From an uncultured virus (IMG/VR IMGVR_UViG_3300034092_002263) (taxonomy: Duplodnaviria; Heunggongvirae; Uroviricota; Caudoviricetes): DNA of 64,000 nucleotides. The notes under the pieces were generated by a model. It searched no databases. It was not told the origin of the DNA and was given only the letters and a program-made list of their open reading frames with translations. Below, piece after piece: positions 8,583 to 18,250 of the stretch. Each line of letters begins with the position of its first letter. Position 1 is the first letter of the stretch. The position numbers and the translations under genes are program-made. The stretch lies in the IMG/VR virus record IMGVR_UViG_3300034092_002263. The stretch is one strand, 5' to 3'.

Positions 8583-9155
8583 ATGAAAGAATATAATTTA
8601 ATGGTATCTGATGAAAAAAAATATGTCTATTTTCGAATCCCCAAAGTAGCAACAGTAAGCATTGGTATGATATTAAAAGAAAATACGAATATATCTCATG
8701 AATCTTTTGAATCATATTGGAACACAAATTGGAATACATATTTTAAATTTTCAATAGTAAGAAATCCTTGGGATAGATTATTATCCTGTTTTTTAGATAA
8801 AACAAAAAAATCTATAGGTACAATTTGGGAAATGGAATTCTATAAACCCTTATCAAATTTTTCTTTTGATCAGTTTATAGAAATGTTAACACCTGAATAT
8901 ATAGGTTATGATGGACATTTAAAACAACAAGTTGAATTAATAGATACTAACAAGATAGACTATTTAGGAAGATTTGAGAATATAAACTACGATCTTAAAA
9001 ACATATTAGATATCCTAAATATATCTGTACAAAATATACCCAAGGAAAATACAACAGAACATACACACTATCATGACTACTATAATACAAAAACCAGAAA
9101 CTTAGTATATAATCTGTATAAAGAAGATATAGAAGCTTTTAAATATGAGTACTAA
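8583..9155 (+). CDS. sulfotransferase family 2 protein
   Basis: PAPS-binding motifs IPKVATVS and SIVRNPWDRLLS; C-terminal YKEDIEAFKY. Confidence 0.85.
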   Translation: MKEYNLMVSDEKKYVYFRIPKVATVSIGMILKENTNISHESFESYWNTNWNTYFKFSIVRNPWDRLLSCFLDKTKKSIGTIWEMEFYKPLSNFSFDQFIEMLTPEYIGYDGHLKQQVELIDTNKIDYLGRFENINYDLKNILDILNISVQNIPKENTTEHTHYHDYYNTKTRNLVYNLYKEDIEAFKYEY

Positions 9156-9711
9156 AAAAACAAAGCTTTCATCAAGGTTTATGCCAACGTGGAATCCAAG
9201 TTCTGGAATCCAAGTTACAGGTTTAATTCATTTAATTCAACATGTATACGAAAAAAGTGGCTGTAACAAAAACCAAGTTTGGTGCGAAATAGGATCAAAT
9301 GTTGGAGAATCTGCTTTACTTATATCATCATTTCAGTTCGTTTCAAAACTATATTGTATAGATCCACTATGGAGTCCAGAGCAAGAATTAGCATTTAAAG
9401 ACAGATTATCCCATCTAAATGAAAAAATTCAACTTATAAGAAAAAAATCATCGGATGTTTTTGACTTAATTGAAAACAATAGTTTAGATTGTATATACAT
9501 AGACGGAGATCATTCATATGACATGGTTGTGCATGATTTATCATTTGCTTTAGCTAAAGTTCGAAGTACTGGATTTATTTGTGGTCATGATTACGGCCCA
9601 GCTCACGCTGAAGTGATAAGGGCTGTAGATGAATTTAAAGAAAAAAACAAATTGTATCTTACAAAATTTTGTGATTCTAGTTTTGTTCTAAGTAAATTCA
9701 CTACAGTATAG
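9145..9711 (+). CDS. class I SAM methyltransferase (Methyltransf_24-like)
   Basis: EIGSNVGES, IYIDGDHSY and GHDY motifs. Confidence 0.85.
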   Translation: MSTKKTKLSSRFMPTWNPSSGIQVTGLIHLIQHVYEKSGCNKNQVWCEIGSNVGESALLISSFQFVSKLYCIDPLWSPEQELAFKDRLSHLNEKIQLIRKKSSDVFDLIENNSLDCIYIDGDHSYDMVVHDLSFALAKVRSTGFICGHDYGPAHAEVIRAVDEFKEKNKLYLTKFCDSSFVLSKFTTV

Positions 9712-9772
9712 ATATATATAATACATAATAATGATCTATATTGTGGATTAAATTAAAAATGGTGTATATATT

Positions 9773-10165
9773 ATGGCGTATTTTTTTAATTTTGGAAGAT
9801 CTGGTAAATGGAATACAGTACGCAAAAATCACTTAAAAAATTATCCATCATGTGCTGCGTGTGGGAGGGAAGACAATTTAGAAGTCCATCATATTATTCC
9901 TTATCAAATAGACAGATCTAAAGAATTAGACCCAAATAACCTTATTACATTGTGTGGCAAATATTGCCACTTTGTATTTGGACACTTAATGGATTGGAAA
10001 AGTTGGAATACTAATATCATAGAAGATGCAAAAAATTACAAAACTCTCATTGTTAATAGGCCATTCCTAGAACCAATTATACAATATAAACCACGGAGGT
10101 ACGGTTATGAGATCATTATTATTATGGCTAATTTTGTTAAACGTATCTTTAGGTGGAACAATTGA
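9773..10165 (+). CDS. HNH endonuclease
   Basis: CAACG..EVHHI..NLITLC..CH. Confidence 0.85.
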   Translation: MAYFFNFGRSGKWNTVRKNHLKNYPSCAACGREDNLEVHHIIPYQIDRSKELDPNNLITLCGKYCHFVFGHLMDWKSWNTNIIEDAKNYKTLIVNRPFLEPIIQYKPRRYGYEIIIIMANFVKRIFRWNN

Positions 10166-10862
10166 TCCGAATGTGCCAGATTCAAAATATGTTAATTATG
10201 GCAATACATACGAATGCGTAGTAAGTCTTGGTGGCAAAATAAATAGAGAGGGTGATAATAATAACAAAACCTTTTTTGCTTCTGGAGTGCTAATACAGCC
10301 TAAAATAGTGCTTACGGCAGCACACGTTATGAAACAGGCAAAAGATTGCTACATAAAACATAAAGAAAATAATGTAGATATACTGTACTCTGTAGTATAC
10401 GACAAATTTACAGAAGAAAAATTTGGATTTGATATAGCTGTGTGTTTATTAAAAGAAGATGTAAAGATTTCGGTATATCCAGAACTTTATGATGCAGAAG
10501 ATGAAATGGGAAAAATATGTGGCATAGTAGGGTATGGTAGAACTGGAATATATACTACTGGTGCTACAAAATATGATCATTTAAAAAGGGGTGGATCAAA
10601 TATCATAGATAGTATATTGGCAGATTTATTAGTATGTTCCGTAAAGTCTGGCACTAAAACACAATTAGAATTTTTAATTGCTAGTGGCGATAGTGGTGGG
10701 GGATTATTCATTGATAAAAAATTAGCAGGAATAAATTCTGGTATTATGACGGGAGATAAAAAATTAGATTCTAATATAAATGACGAATCATTACATACTA
10801 GAATTAGTATTCACAAAAAATGGATACAAGAAGCTATTGAAATTTTAGAGAAACTCAAATAA
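10107..10862 (+). CDS. secreted trypsin-like serine protease
   Basis: Signal peptide; catalytic triad motifs LTAAH, DIA and GDSGG. Confidence 0.9.
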   Translation: MRSLLLWLILLNVSLGGTIDPNVPDSKYVNYGNTYECVVSLGGKINREGDNNNKTFFASGVLIQPKIVLTAAHVMKQAKDCYIKHKENNVDILYSVVYDKFTEEKFGFDIAVCLLKEDVKISVYPELYDAEDEMGKICGIVGYGRTGIYTTGATKYDHLKRGGSNIIDSILADLLVCSVKSGTKTQLEFLIASGDSGGGLFIDKKLAGINSGIMTGDKKLDSNINDESLHTRISIHKKWIQEAIEILEKLK

Positions 10863-10867
10863 AAGAC

Positions 10868-10896
10868 TTGACAAACTGTACTCGTTGAAGTAGAAT
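10868..10896 (+). promoter_or_regulatory. sigma70-type promoter TTGACA-N17-TAGAAT
   Basis: Consensus boxes upstream of thyX. Confidence 0.75.
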
Positions 10897-10926
10897 AAGT
10901 TGACGCTAGGAGCTAATAAGGAACAA

Positions 10927-11565
10927 ATGAACGATACAATTTTTATTTCAATAACGCCAGACGCTGAAAAGCATATGGCATATTGTGCCAGAGTTTCAAA
11001 TCCTAGCAATCAAAATAGTGAAAATATATCTAAATTGTTAGCCTATTGCATAAACCACAAGCACTGGTCGATATTTGAAATGGCTAATATGACTATAGAG
11101 ATAAATACAACTAGGGGAATAGCGGCACAAATTCTAAGACACAGAAGTTTTAATTTCCAAGAATTTAGTCAGAGATATGCTGATACGTCTTTGTTGTCAG
11201 AAGAAATACCACTATTTGATTTACGACGACAAGACAATAAAAATAGACAAAATAGTATAGATGATATATCAGAAGAAACAAGATCAAAGTGGCGAGTAAA
11301 AATTAGGGAACATTTTGCAAAATCTAAAGCAATATATGATGGAATGATTGCGGACGGTATAGCAAAAGAATGTGCTAGATTTGTTTTACCACTTGCCACG
11401 CCAACTAAGTTATACATGAGCGGAACAATTAGATCATGGATTCATTATATAGATCTAAGATCTAGTAATGGAACACAAAAAGAGCATATGGATATTGCAA
11501 ATAGCTGTAAGAATATTTTTATATCACAATTACCAATAGTGTCGGAGGCTTTAGGTTGGCAATGA
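10927..11565 (+). CDS. thyX: FAD-dependent thymidylate synthase
   Basis: RHRSFNFQEFSQRY ThyX signature; HWSIFE; ECARFVLP. Confidence 0.95.
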   Translation: MNDTIFISITPDAEKHMAYCARVSNPSNQNSENISKLLAYCINHKHWSIFEMANMTIEINTTRGIAAQILRHRSFNFQEFSQRYADTSLLSEEIPLFDLRRQDNKNRQNSIDDISEETRSKWRVKIREHFAKSKAIYDGMIADGIAKECARFVLPLATPTKLYMSGTIRSWIHYIDLRSSNGTQKEHMDIANSCKNIFISQLPIVSEALGWQ

Positions 11566-11987
11566 TACAAGTTAATGTTACTGAGGGTGATATTGTTAGG
11601 TCGATTAAAAATACAAAACTATCACCACACGAATTAGCCTTATCAAGATGTTTAAGGTGCGAACGCGATAAGTTAGACATATATTACAAAACAGTTAAGG
11701 TTTGGCTATATGACGATTCTAATTATATTGAATATAACTTTGCATCGGATGAAGACATGCAAAAGTTTTATGACTTTGTAGGTAAGTGGGAAGATTTTAA
11801 GAATAGCACCAACGAAGAATTTTTAGATGAACCGTTTACATTTACTCTAGAGGAAAAACATGATCCAAGAAATGATTCCTGTTATTGGGCTGCGACAAAT
11901 TTTGATATTGAGCGGATTACCAGCAGAGATAACACTTACAATAAAAATATAAACAGCTTTGATGATGACTACTATGAGGAAGATTGA
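11562..11987 (+). CDS. hypothetical protein
   Basis: ATGA overlap with thyX. Confidence 0.65.
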   Translation: MIQVNVTEGDIVRSIKNTKLSPHELALSRCLRCERDKLDIYYKTVKVWLYDDSNYIEYNFASDEDMQKFYDFVGKWEDFKNSTNEEFLDEPFTFTLEEKHDPRNDSCYWAATNFDIERITSRDNTYNKNINSFDDDYYEED

Positions 11988-12005
11988 AAAATTAAAGTTT
12001 GCCAC

Positions 12006-12033
12006 TTGACATAGCCGATTCTTGTGATAGAAT
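12006..12033 (+). promoter_or_regulatory. sigma70-type promoter TTGACA-N16-TAGAAT with GCCGAT in the spacer
   Basis: Consensus boxes upstream of AGGAG and ATG 12079. Confidence 0.75.
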
Positions 12034-12078
12034 CAAAGCACATTCAGCGATCAAGCACTTGTATAGGAGATAGCGTTA

Positions 12079-14205
12079 ATGAAACTTCATGCTGGTATTA
12101 ATACGATTGAGAAGTCTGGTGATTTTGAGGAAAGCCAGTTTAGTATTGAGGCGTCTGCCAAGGCTTTCTTTATTCTTTCTGACGGCCTTTACTCTAATAA
12201 GATCCTTGCAGTAGTTCGTGAGCTTTCTACTAATGCTTACGATTCCCATGTAGACGCTTGCAAGAAAGATGTTCAATTTGATGTTCATCTTCCAACTAGG
12301 CTTAATCCCATATTTTATATTCGTGACTACGGCACAAGCATGAGTCATGAACATTGTATGGAACTTTATACTACGTATTTTCGTAGCACACGCAATAATA
12401 GTAATGACGCTGTTGGTTGCTTGGGTCTTGGTAGTAAGGCACCGTTTGCATATGGTGACAGTTTTACTGTCGAAGCATACCTCGATGGTACTCGCCGTCT
12501 TTATAATGCCTATAAGAACGAGGACGGTAATCCAGTATTTTCTTTGATGGATACCGGCGAAACCAATGAAGCAAATGGCATCAAGGTTTCAATTAGTGTC
12601 AATGAATATGACATAGATCGTTTTGTGCGTGAGGCACGTAAGGTCTATGAATTCTTCAATGTTAGACCAAATTTTATTGGTGAAGAAATTAACTACGATG
12701 CTGAGAATAAGACTCTCAGTGGTGACACTTGGTACTTTGACGATAACGATGATAAGAATTATATCATCATGGGCCAAATCGCGTATCCTATCGACCATAA
12801 TCAAATTATAGTTGATGGAATCGATTCATCGAAAAAGAATAGTAGGTTCATTGAATATTCTAGTGGTCTTAGGGTCATGGTTAATATTGGAGATGTTGAT
12901 ATCACGCCAAGTCGTGAGTCTCTTTCTTATAGTAAGCAGACTAAGATCAATATCAACAATATTATCTCTAAGATATTGGACGATATTGCAACACAGATTG
13001 AGCATGAAATTAAAAGTCAGCCTACTCTGTTTAAGGCACGAAGTAAATATGTGCAGATTTCTGATCAGTGTATGTCTGTAAAGACTGCTATGGAATCTCT
13101 CATGAAGTCAATAGTTTGGAATGATCAAAAACTGTTTGACAATATTGTGTCTGAAAGTATTGACATTCCAAATATGACAGTTAAACTTTTTGAGAAGTCG
13201 TCATATCGTTCCAAGATTGATATGAAGATAGACACTAATCGTATACACTTTACAGACGCTGTTAAGTTTGTTGTTGATGATCTTCCACGCGGAGGAATTA
13301 GTCGCACAAAGCAATATATTAAAGAATTCAGCAATAATGTCGCGTGTTACTTTTACAAGTTGGGACACGAAGAAACAGTTGATAACTGTAGGCTATATGA
13401 TATACTTGGTGGAGCGACAAAGGATGATGTTGTATTTACATCTAATCTTCCCAAGGTAGAATATAATCGTAATTCTTCTGGTGGAAACGGAGGGCCAATG
13501 ATTCAAGCCCAAGTTTTCAATGAAGAATCTGGTTGTTTTGAAGAATGTGCGATGAGTGTAAAATATGAAAATGCGTATTATTTTACAGAGTCAAAGGGTG
13601 AGGTCAATGTTTCTTCTGCTTCATATCCAGTTGTAGAAATTTATTATCTCGAAAAGATCTTATCTTACATACATGATAATTACAATGATGAAGTGGAAGG
13701 AAAGCGATTTTACATTGTCAAGCCATCTGTTGCAAAGAATAGGAAGTTGAACGAGAGGTCGAATTGGCACTTGGGATATGAATTTATTAGAAAGATTTTG
13801 ACTGATATAATTACCGAAAATCATCAAGATATTTATGATGTAATGAATCGCCAGACTCTTTCTGATAAGTTTTCAACTAGATGGGTAGAGGTTATCAATA
13901 TGACTAAAAATCCATCTGTTGTAAAAAACGTGATTTCTGAGTATAATGAATACGTATCTCGCTTGGACAACATTTGTGAGAAGGTTGAAGTTATAAGGCA
14001 AATGGCTAGTTCTTTTAGGTTTACGTTTCCCGGTAGAGATAGTAATTTTGTGGATGATCGTTTTGCTCCACGATTTGATAAGGAAATGTCTAAGTATAAG
14101 ATTTTGCAGGTAATTCGTAATGTGCCTTACTCTGATGAGGATAGGCAAATTATTGCCGACTATATTGATAGTATTGAACAAGTTTCTGTTCTTAATAAGG
14201 AGTGA
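12079..14205 (+). CDS. rIIA: rIIA-like protein with GHKL/HSP90-type ATPase N-domain
   Basis: LYSNKILAVVRELSTNAYD, IRDYGTSM, GCLGLGSK and DITPSRESL motifs; followed by an rIIB-like gene. Confidence 0.85.
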   Translation: MKLHAGINTIEKSGDFEESQFSIEASAKAFFILSDGLYSNKILAVVRELSTNAYDSHVDACKKDVQFDVHLPTRLNPIFYIRDYGTSMSHEHCMELYTTYFRSTRNNSNDAVGCLGLGSKAPFAYGDSFTVEAYLDGTRRLYNAYKNEDGNPVFSLMDTGETNEANGIKVSISVNEYDIDRFVREARKVYEFFNVRPNFIGEEINYDAENKTLSGDTWYFDDNDDKNYIIMGQIAYPIDHNQIIVDGIDSSKKNSRFIEYSSGLRVMVNIGDVDITPSRESLSYSKQTKININNIISKILDDIATQIEHEIKSQPTLFKARSKYVQISDQCMSVKTAMESLMKSIVWNDQKLFDNIVSESIDIPNMTVKLFEKSSYRSKIDMKIDTNRIHFTDAVKFVVDDLPRGGISRTKQYIKEFSNNVACYFYKLGHEETVDNCRLYDILGGATKDDVVFTSNLPKVEYNRNSSGGNGGPMIQAQVFNEESGCFEECAMSVKYENAYYFTESKGEVNVSSASYPVVEIYYLEKILSYIHDNYNDEVEGKRFYIVKPSVAKNRKLNERSNWHLGYEFIRKILTDIITENHQDIYDVMNRQTLSDKFSTRWVEVINMTKNPSVVKNVISEYNEYVSRLDNICEKVEVIRQMASSFRFTFPGRDSNFVDDRFAPRFDKEMSKYKILQVIRNVPYSDEDRQIIADYIDSIEQVSVLNKE

Positions 14206-15084
14206 ATGATGAAGTACATTATAGCAAATGATGGTAATATTAGTGCGATTGTTAGTAATCAGAGTTACTTTTTTGGTAAATCTCATCCTAACTATGATAA
14301 GCTTGTAAATTGTCTTAAAAAGAATAATGTTGAGATGTTTGAGGCTTACTACGATGTGGTTTCTCATATTAATAATTTCTGTGAAGGATACATCGCTTGT
14401 GATGGCAATAGTCTAATGTGGGATGGTATTAAGATGCCAAACATGTTTGGTGATACTATCATTGATATGATTAAGCAGGGATTTCCGTTTGAGCCAATGC
14501 TTAATTTCCTTGATAATATGAGTCAGAATCCATCTGATCATGCTATTGTTGAACTGTTTGACTTTATGAAGAATAAGAATATGCCAATTACATCTGATGG
14601 ATGTTTTCTAGCATATAAGGCTGTTAAGAACGATTATAAAGATATGTATTCTGGAACGTTTGATAATAGTGTTGGTAGCGTTTGTTCTGTTCCTCGTAGT
14701 AAGGTAGATAGCAATCGTGATAATGGTTGTGGTCATGGTCTACACGTTGGTGCAATTGATTACGCAAAGAGTTATGGTGGAATTAAGATTGACGATGAAG
14801 ATGATGATAATGATGGTGGAAATCGCCTTATGATTTGTAAGGTTAATCCGCGTGATGTTGTGAGTGTTCCATCTGATTCTAAGTTTCAAAAGCTTCGTTG
14901 CTGCCGATATGAAGTTGTTGCAGAATTTACGTCTGTATTCGATAAGGTTGTTCATCTTACTACAGAAGATATGCAGTATATGAACACCAAGAAGCGTAAT
15001 CGTGAATGGGTTGAGGAAATTACTGCAAAGATCAATAAGGTCAATACTGTCATCCAAAAGAACAGGGATGTTATTTGTGCTTGA
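14206..15084 (+). CDS. rIIB: rIIB-like protein
   Basis: PITSDGCFLAYKAV, CGHGLHVG and KVNPRDVVSVP..KLRCCRYEVV motifs. Confidence 0.85.
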   Translation: MMKYIIANDGNISAIVSNQSYFFGKSHPNYDKLVNCLKKNNVEMFEAYYDVVSHINNFCEGYIACDGNSLMWDGIKMPNMFGDTIIDMIKQGFPFEPMLNFLDNMSQNPSDHAIVELFDFMKNKNMPITSDGCFLAYKAVKNDYKDMYSGTFDNSVGSVCSVPRSKVDSNRDNGCGHGLHVGAIDYAKSYGGIKIDDEDDDNDGGNRLMICKVNPRDVVSVPSDSKFQKLRCCRYEVVAEFTSVFDKVVHLTTEDMQYMNTKKRNREWVEEITAKINKVNTVIQKNRDVICA

Positions 15085-15090
15085 CCATAG

Positions 15091-15128
15091 TATAACTTGT
15101 GGGGTGAGCAATCGCCCCATGAGTTATA
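15091..15128 (+). terminator. long hairpin after rIIB
   Basis: TATAACTTGTGGGGTGA-GCAA-TCGCCCCATGAGTTATA with GNRA loop; weak U-tract. Confidence 0.6.
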
Positions 15129-15180
15129 TTTGTATTAGCCATACAATACGGATCATTGGACACATCATGGACCCTATGAT

Positions 15181-16308
15181 ATGAAAATTCAAAACGATAT
15201 TAAGTTAGATTTTGATGATGTTTTATTAGTTCCACAACGATCTAGGGCAGCGTCAAGAAAAGAAGTAAGTATTGATAGAACATTCTCATTCTACCACTCT
15301 ACAAGGCAATGGACAGGCTTACCAATAATGTCCGCAAATATGGATTCCACTGGCACATTCGAAATGGCTGATAAATTATCAGAATATAAAGCCATAACAT
15401 GTCTACATAAACATTATACTAAACAGGATTATCAAAATCATTTTTGTAATGTCAATTCTCAATGGTTAAGTGTTGGTATTAAAAATGAAGATCTAGATAA
15501 GATAAGATATATTATAGACGATGTTGGATTTATACCAAATATTTGTATAGATGTTGCAAATGGATATACTGATGACTTTGTAAATTACTGTAGAAAAGTT
15601 AGAAATACTTTTGGCACTCAGCCAATTATTATGGCTGGTAATGTATGTACACCAGAGATGGTACAGGAACTTATTTTACATGGTGGAGTAGATATAGTTA
15701 AAGTTGGTATTGGCCCCGGCTCTGCTTGTACTACAAGATTAAAAACTGGAGTGGGTTTTCCACAGTTATCTGCAATATCTGAATGCTCACACGCTGCTCA
15801 TGGTTTAAAAAGCGAAGATAGGCGTCTAGGATTGATTTGTGCAGACGGTGGATGTAGAACACCCTCAGACGTTGTAAAGGCTTTTGCGGCAAACGCAGAC
15901 TTCGTGATGCTTGGTGGTATGCTTGCTGGAACTGATCAGTGCGAGGGAGAATGGGAATATGAATATCGCTGTGCTATCATAGATAATGATAGAAATGTTG
16001 TTAATGAGTGGTGGCAACAAAATGATCCGGGTTACAATCCACCAGAAAAAAGAAAAAAATCATTACTATTTTATGGTATGAGTTCACATAAAGCACAAGA
16101 AAAATATGGTGGTATAAAAGATTATCGTGCCAGCGAAGGAAGAGTACTTAAAATTCCATATAAGGGTTGTGCATCTGAGATTATGAATGATATAATGGGT
16201 GGTATAAGAAGTGCTTGTGCTTATATAGGAGCAACATCACTTAAAGATTTACCAAAGTGTGCAGAATTTATTATGGTCAATAGAACTCATTTTGATAAAA
16301 GTGTATAA
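15181..16308 (+). CDS. guaC: GMP reductase
   Basis: KLDFDDVLLVP, ANMD, IDVANGY, KVGIGPGSACTTR, FYGMSS and YRASEG motifs; no CBS domains. Confidence 0.92.
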   Translation: MKIQNDIKLDFDDVLLVPQRSRAASRKEVSIDRTFSFYHSTRQWTGLPIMSANMDSTGTFEMADKLSEYKAITCLHKHYTKQDYQNHFCNVNSQWLSVGIKNEDLDKIRYIIDDVGFIPNICIDVANGYTDDFVNYCRKVRNTFGTQPIIMAGNVCTPEMVQELILHGGVDIVKVGIGPGSACTTRLKTGVGFPQLSAISECSHAAHGLKSEDRRLGLICADGGCRTPSDVVKAFAANADFVMLGGMLAGTDQCEGEWEYEYRCAIIDNDRNVVNEWWQQNDPGYNPPEKRKKSLLFYGMSSHKAQEKYGGIKDYRASEGRVLKIPYKGCASEIMNDIMGGIRSACAYIGATSLKDLPKCAEFIMVNRTHFDKSV

Positions 16309-16466
16309 TGGCTATTCCATGCGTTATTATATCAACATTTTTATATGCAATAACGAGCATTTCTTGTTTTTATCAAAGAGATAATCCACATGGAGTAATG
16401 TGGGCCGGATATGCATTTGCAAATTTAGGATTACTGTGGTATGAGTTTACAAAAGTGGGACGTTAG
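16308..16466 (+). CDS. small two-TM membrane protein (52 aa, below the track cut-off)
   Basis: MAIPCVIISTFLYAITSISCFYQRDNPHGVMWAGYAFANLGLLWYEFTKVGR; TAATG coupling to guaC; fills the gap. Confidence 0.7.
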   Translation: MAIPCVIISTFLYAITSISCFYQRDNPHGVMWAGYAFANLGLLWYEFTKVGR

Positions 16467-16875
16467 ATTTTTAGAGTTAGCTAGATTTGTTGCTAATTGG
16501 AGTTTAGATCCATCTACCAAAGTTGGTGCCGTTATATCTGATAAGCATAATAGAGTTGTCTCTATTGGTTATAATGGTTTTCCAAAAGGAATAAAGGATG
16601 ATGAGAGACTAAATGATAGAGAAACAAAATATAAAATCATCGTTCACGGTGAGATAAACGCAATCACTTTTGCAAACAGGAACTTAGAAGATTGTACATT
16701 ATATACTTACCCATTTGAACCTTGTCCAAGGTGTGCTGGTATTATAATACAATCTGGTATAAAAAGAATTGTGGCCCCAATAAATAAAATAGACAGGTGG
16801 GAAAATGATTTTGTGTTATCTAGACAACTATTTAATGAAGCAAATATCAAAATAGATTATTATGAGGTAAATTAA
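16441..16875 (+). CDS. dCMP deaminase
   Basis: SLDPSTKVGA, GYNG, HGE and PCPRC zinc motifs. Confidence 0.9.
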   Translation: MSLQKWDVRFLELARFVANWSLDPSTKVGAVISDKHNRVVSIGYNGFPKGIKDDERLNDRETKYKIIVHGEINAITFANRNLEDCTLYTYPFEPCPRCAGIIIQSGIKRIVAPINKIDRWENDFVLSRQLFNEANIKIDYYEVN

Positions 16876-16877
16876 TC

Positions 16878-17096
16878 ATGGAAGCAACAACAACGATTCC
16901 TCCACAAAAAACAAGAATTGATGAACTAAATGAACTAATAGAGGAATGTATACTCACGCACAATAAAAAGGTAATTGTTAACATGATATTTAATCTTGAA
17001 AATGATTATGATATATTAGCTAAAGCTGCTACCAATAATCAATATAGAGAAGGTTGGAGCCGTCAAGATGTATTAAACTACATTTACAATCACTGA
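16878..17096 (+). CDS. hypothetical protein (paralog A)
   Basis: GAGG RBS; similar to the next ORF. Confidence 0.65.
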   Translation: MEATTTIPPQKTRIDELNELIEECILTHNKKVIVNMIFNLENDYDILAKAATNNQYREGWSRQDVLNYIYNH

Positions 17097-17107
17097 CTAA
17101 TATAAAA

Positions 17108-17332
17108 ATGAAAAATAATTCAGATAAACAAGAGCAAGATAGGAGATCGATACTAACAAAGTTAGTACACGAATGTATAGCAACTCATAATGAGATTATA
17201 CTAATAGAAACAATTGCTAGATTGGAAAAAAATTACATTGATTTAGCAATGCTATCAACTCTTGGACAATATAAAACAACTTGGACTCACGAAGAAGTAA
17301 TCAATTATTTAACTTATGAACAATTGCCTTAG
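17108..17332 (+). CDS. hypothetical protein (paralog B)
   Basis: ATG 17108; shares the ECI.THN...LE..Y..LA.....QY...W....V.NY pattern with the previous ORF. Confidence 0.65.
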   Translation: MKNNSDKQEQDRRSILTKLVHECIATHNEIILIETIARLEKNYIDLAMLSTLGQYKTTWTHEEVINYLTYEQLP

Positions 17333-17376
17333 TTGTTTTTCAAACGCTTGCAGGATACTATAAAAATGGAGGAATC

Positions 17377-17562
17377 ATGTCAACAATCATAGAAATGGCT
17401 AAAGCTCATTTGTTAAATATCAAAAGAGCAATTGTAGATTTGGAAGCACAAAAAGAAAATCTACAAAAAGAAATCGACAAATTAAATGAATATTTTGATC
17501 AAGGTATGATTGAAATTGAAAACTCTGACGAGTCTTCAGATAGTAAAGTTAGTGATAAGTAA
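17377..17562 (+). CDS. small coiled-coil protein
   Basis: GGAGG RBS; heptad pattern. Confidence 0.65.
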   Translation: MSTIIEMAKAHLLNIKRAIVDLEAQKENLQKEIDKLNEYFDQGMIEIENSDESSDSKVSDK

Positions 17563-17582
17563 TAATAAGTAAAGGAGCAAAT

Positions 17583-17900
17583 ATGAATCTTAATCAGTTT
17601 TTAGATCGTCTAGATAGAGTTGCTGAGTCCTATCATTGGGATGTTAGCGATAAGAAGTTAGTTGCTACTATTCAGAGTGGCCCATATCGAGGTTTTACAC
17701 TAAATCCAATAACAGCTTTAGCACATAAGTCTGGTTTTGGTTTTATTGAAAATACGAGAAATGGAGTAGAATTTGCCGCAAGTCTTCTTGGCATATCTCG
17801 CAGATTTGCTAGGAACGTTTATAGTGCCACGCTTGGTACATATAATCGTGGTAATACACAGGTTCTTCGCGGTAGAATTCGTTCAGCTTTGGAGGTTTGA
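17583..17900 (+). CDS. hypothetical protein
   Basis: AAGGAG RBS. Confidence 0.7.
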   Translation: MNLNQFLDRLDRVAESYHWDVSDKKLVATIQSGPYRGFTLNPITALAHKSGFGFIENTRNGVEFAASLLGISRRFARNVYSATLGTYNRGNTQVLRGRIRSALEV

Positions 17901-17903
17901 AAC

Positions 17904-18227
17904 ATGAATATTAATATGTGGCTAGGTTGTGGACGTTTAACAAAGGATGCGGAATTTAATGTTACCCAAAAGGGTACGTCAATGGCAAAGTTTAGGATGG
18001 CAGTTAATGATCGTAGGAATGACGAAACTTTGTTTTTGAACGTTCTATGTTTTGGTAAGATGGCAGAGGCTCTGAAGGACCATCTAAAGCGAGGAAGATT
18101 AGTAGGAGTACAGGGGAAGATTAAGATAGATGACTATCAAGATAAGGATGGTAATCCAAGAAATTCAGTATGCGTAATGGCTGATGATATTTCTTTGGGT
18201 CCAGTAAATGTTACTGAAAAGGAATAA
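17904..18227 (+). CDS. ssb: single-stranded DNA-binding protein
   Basis: GRLTKDAE, FRMAVN, CFGKMAE and GVQGKI OB-fold SSB motifs. Confidence 0.9.
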   Translation: MNINMWLGCGRLTKDAEFNVTQKGTSMAKFRMAVNDRRNDETLFLNVLCFGKMAEALKDHLKRGRLVGVQGKIKIDDYQDKDGNPRNSVCVMADDISLGPVNVTEKE

Positions 18228-18250
18228 TTAACCCTGTATATATTCAAATG

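Noticed and set aside
12076..15184. Many alternative-frame and antisense ORFs over rIIA/rIIB
   Set aside because: Expected from codon bias that lowers off-frame stop frequency; no motifs or RBS
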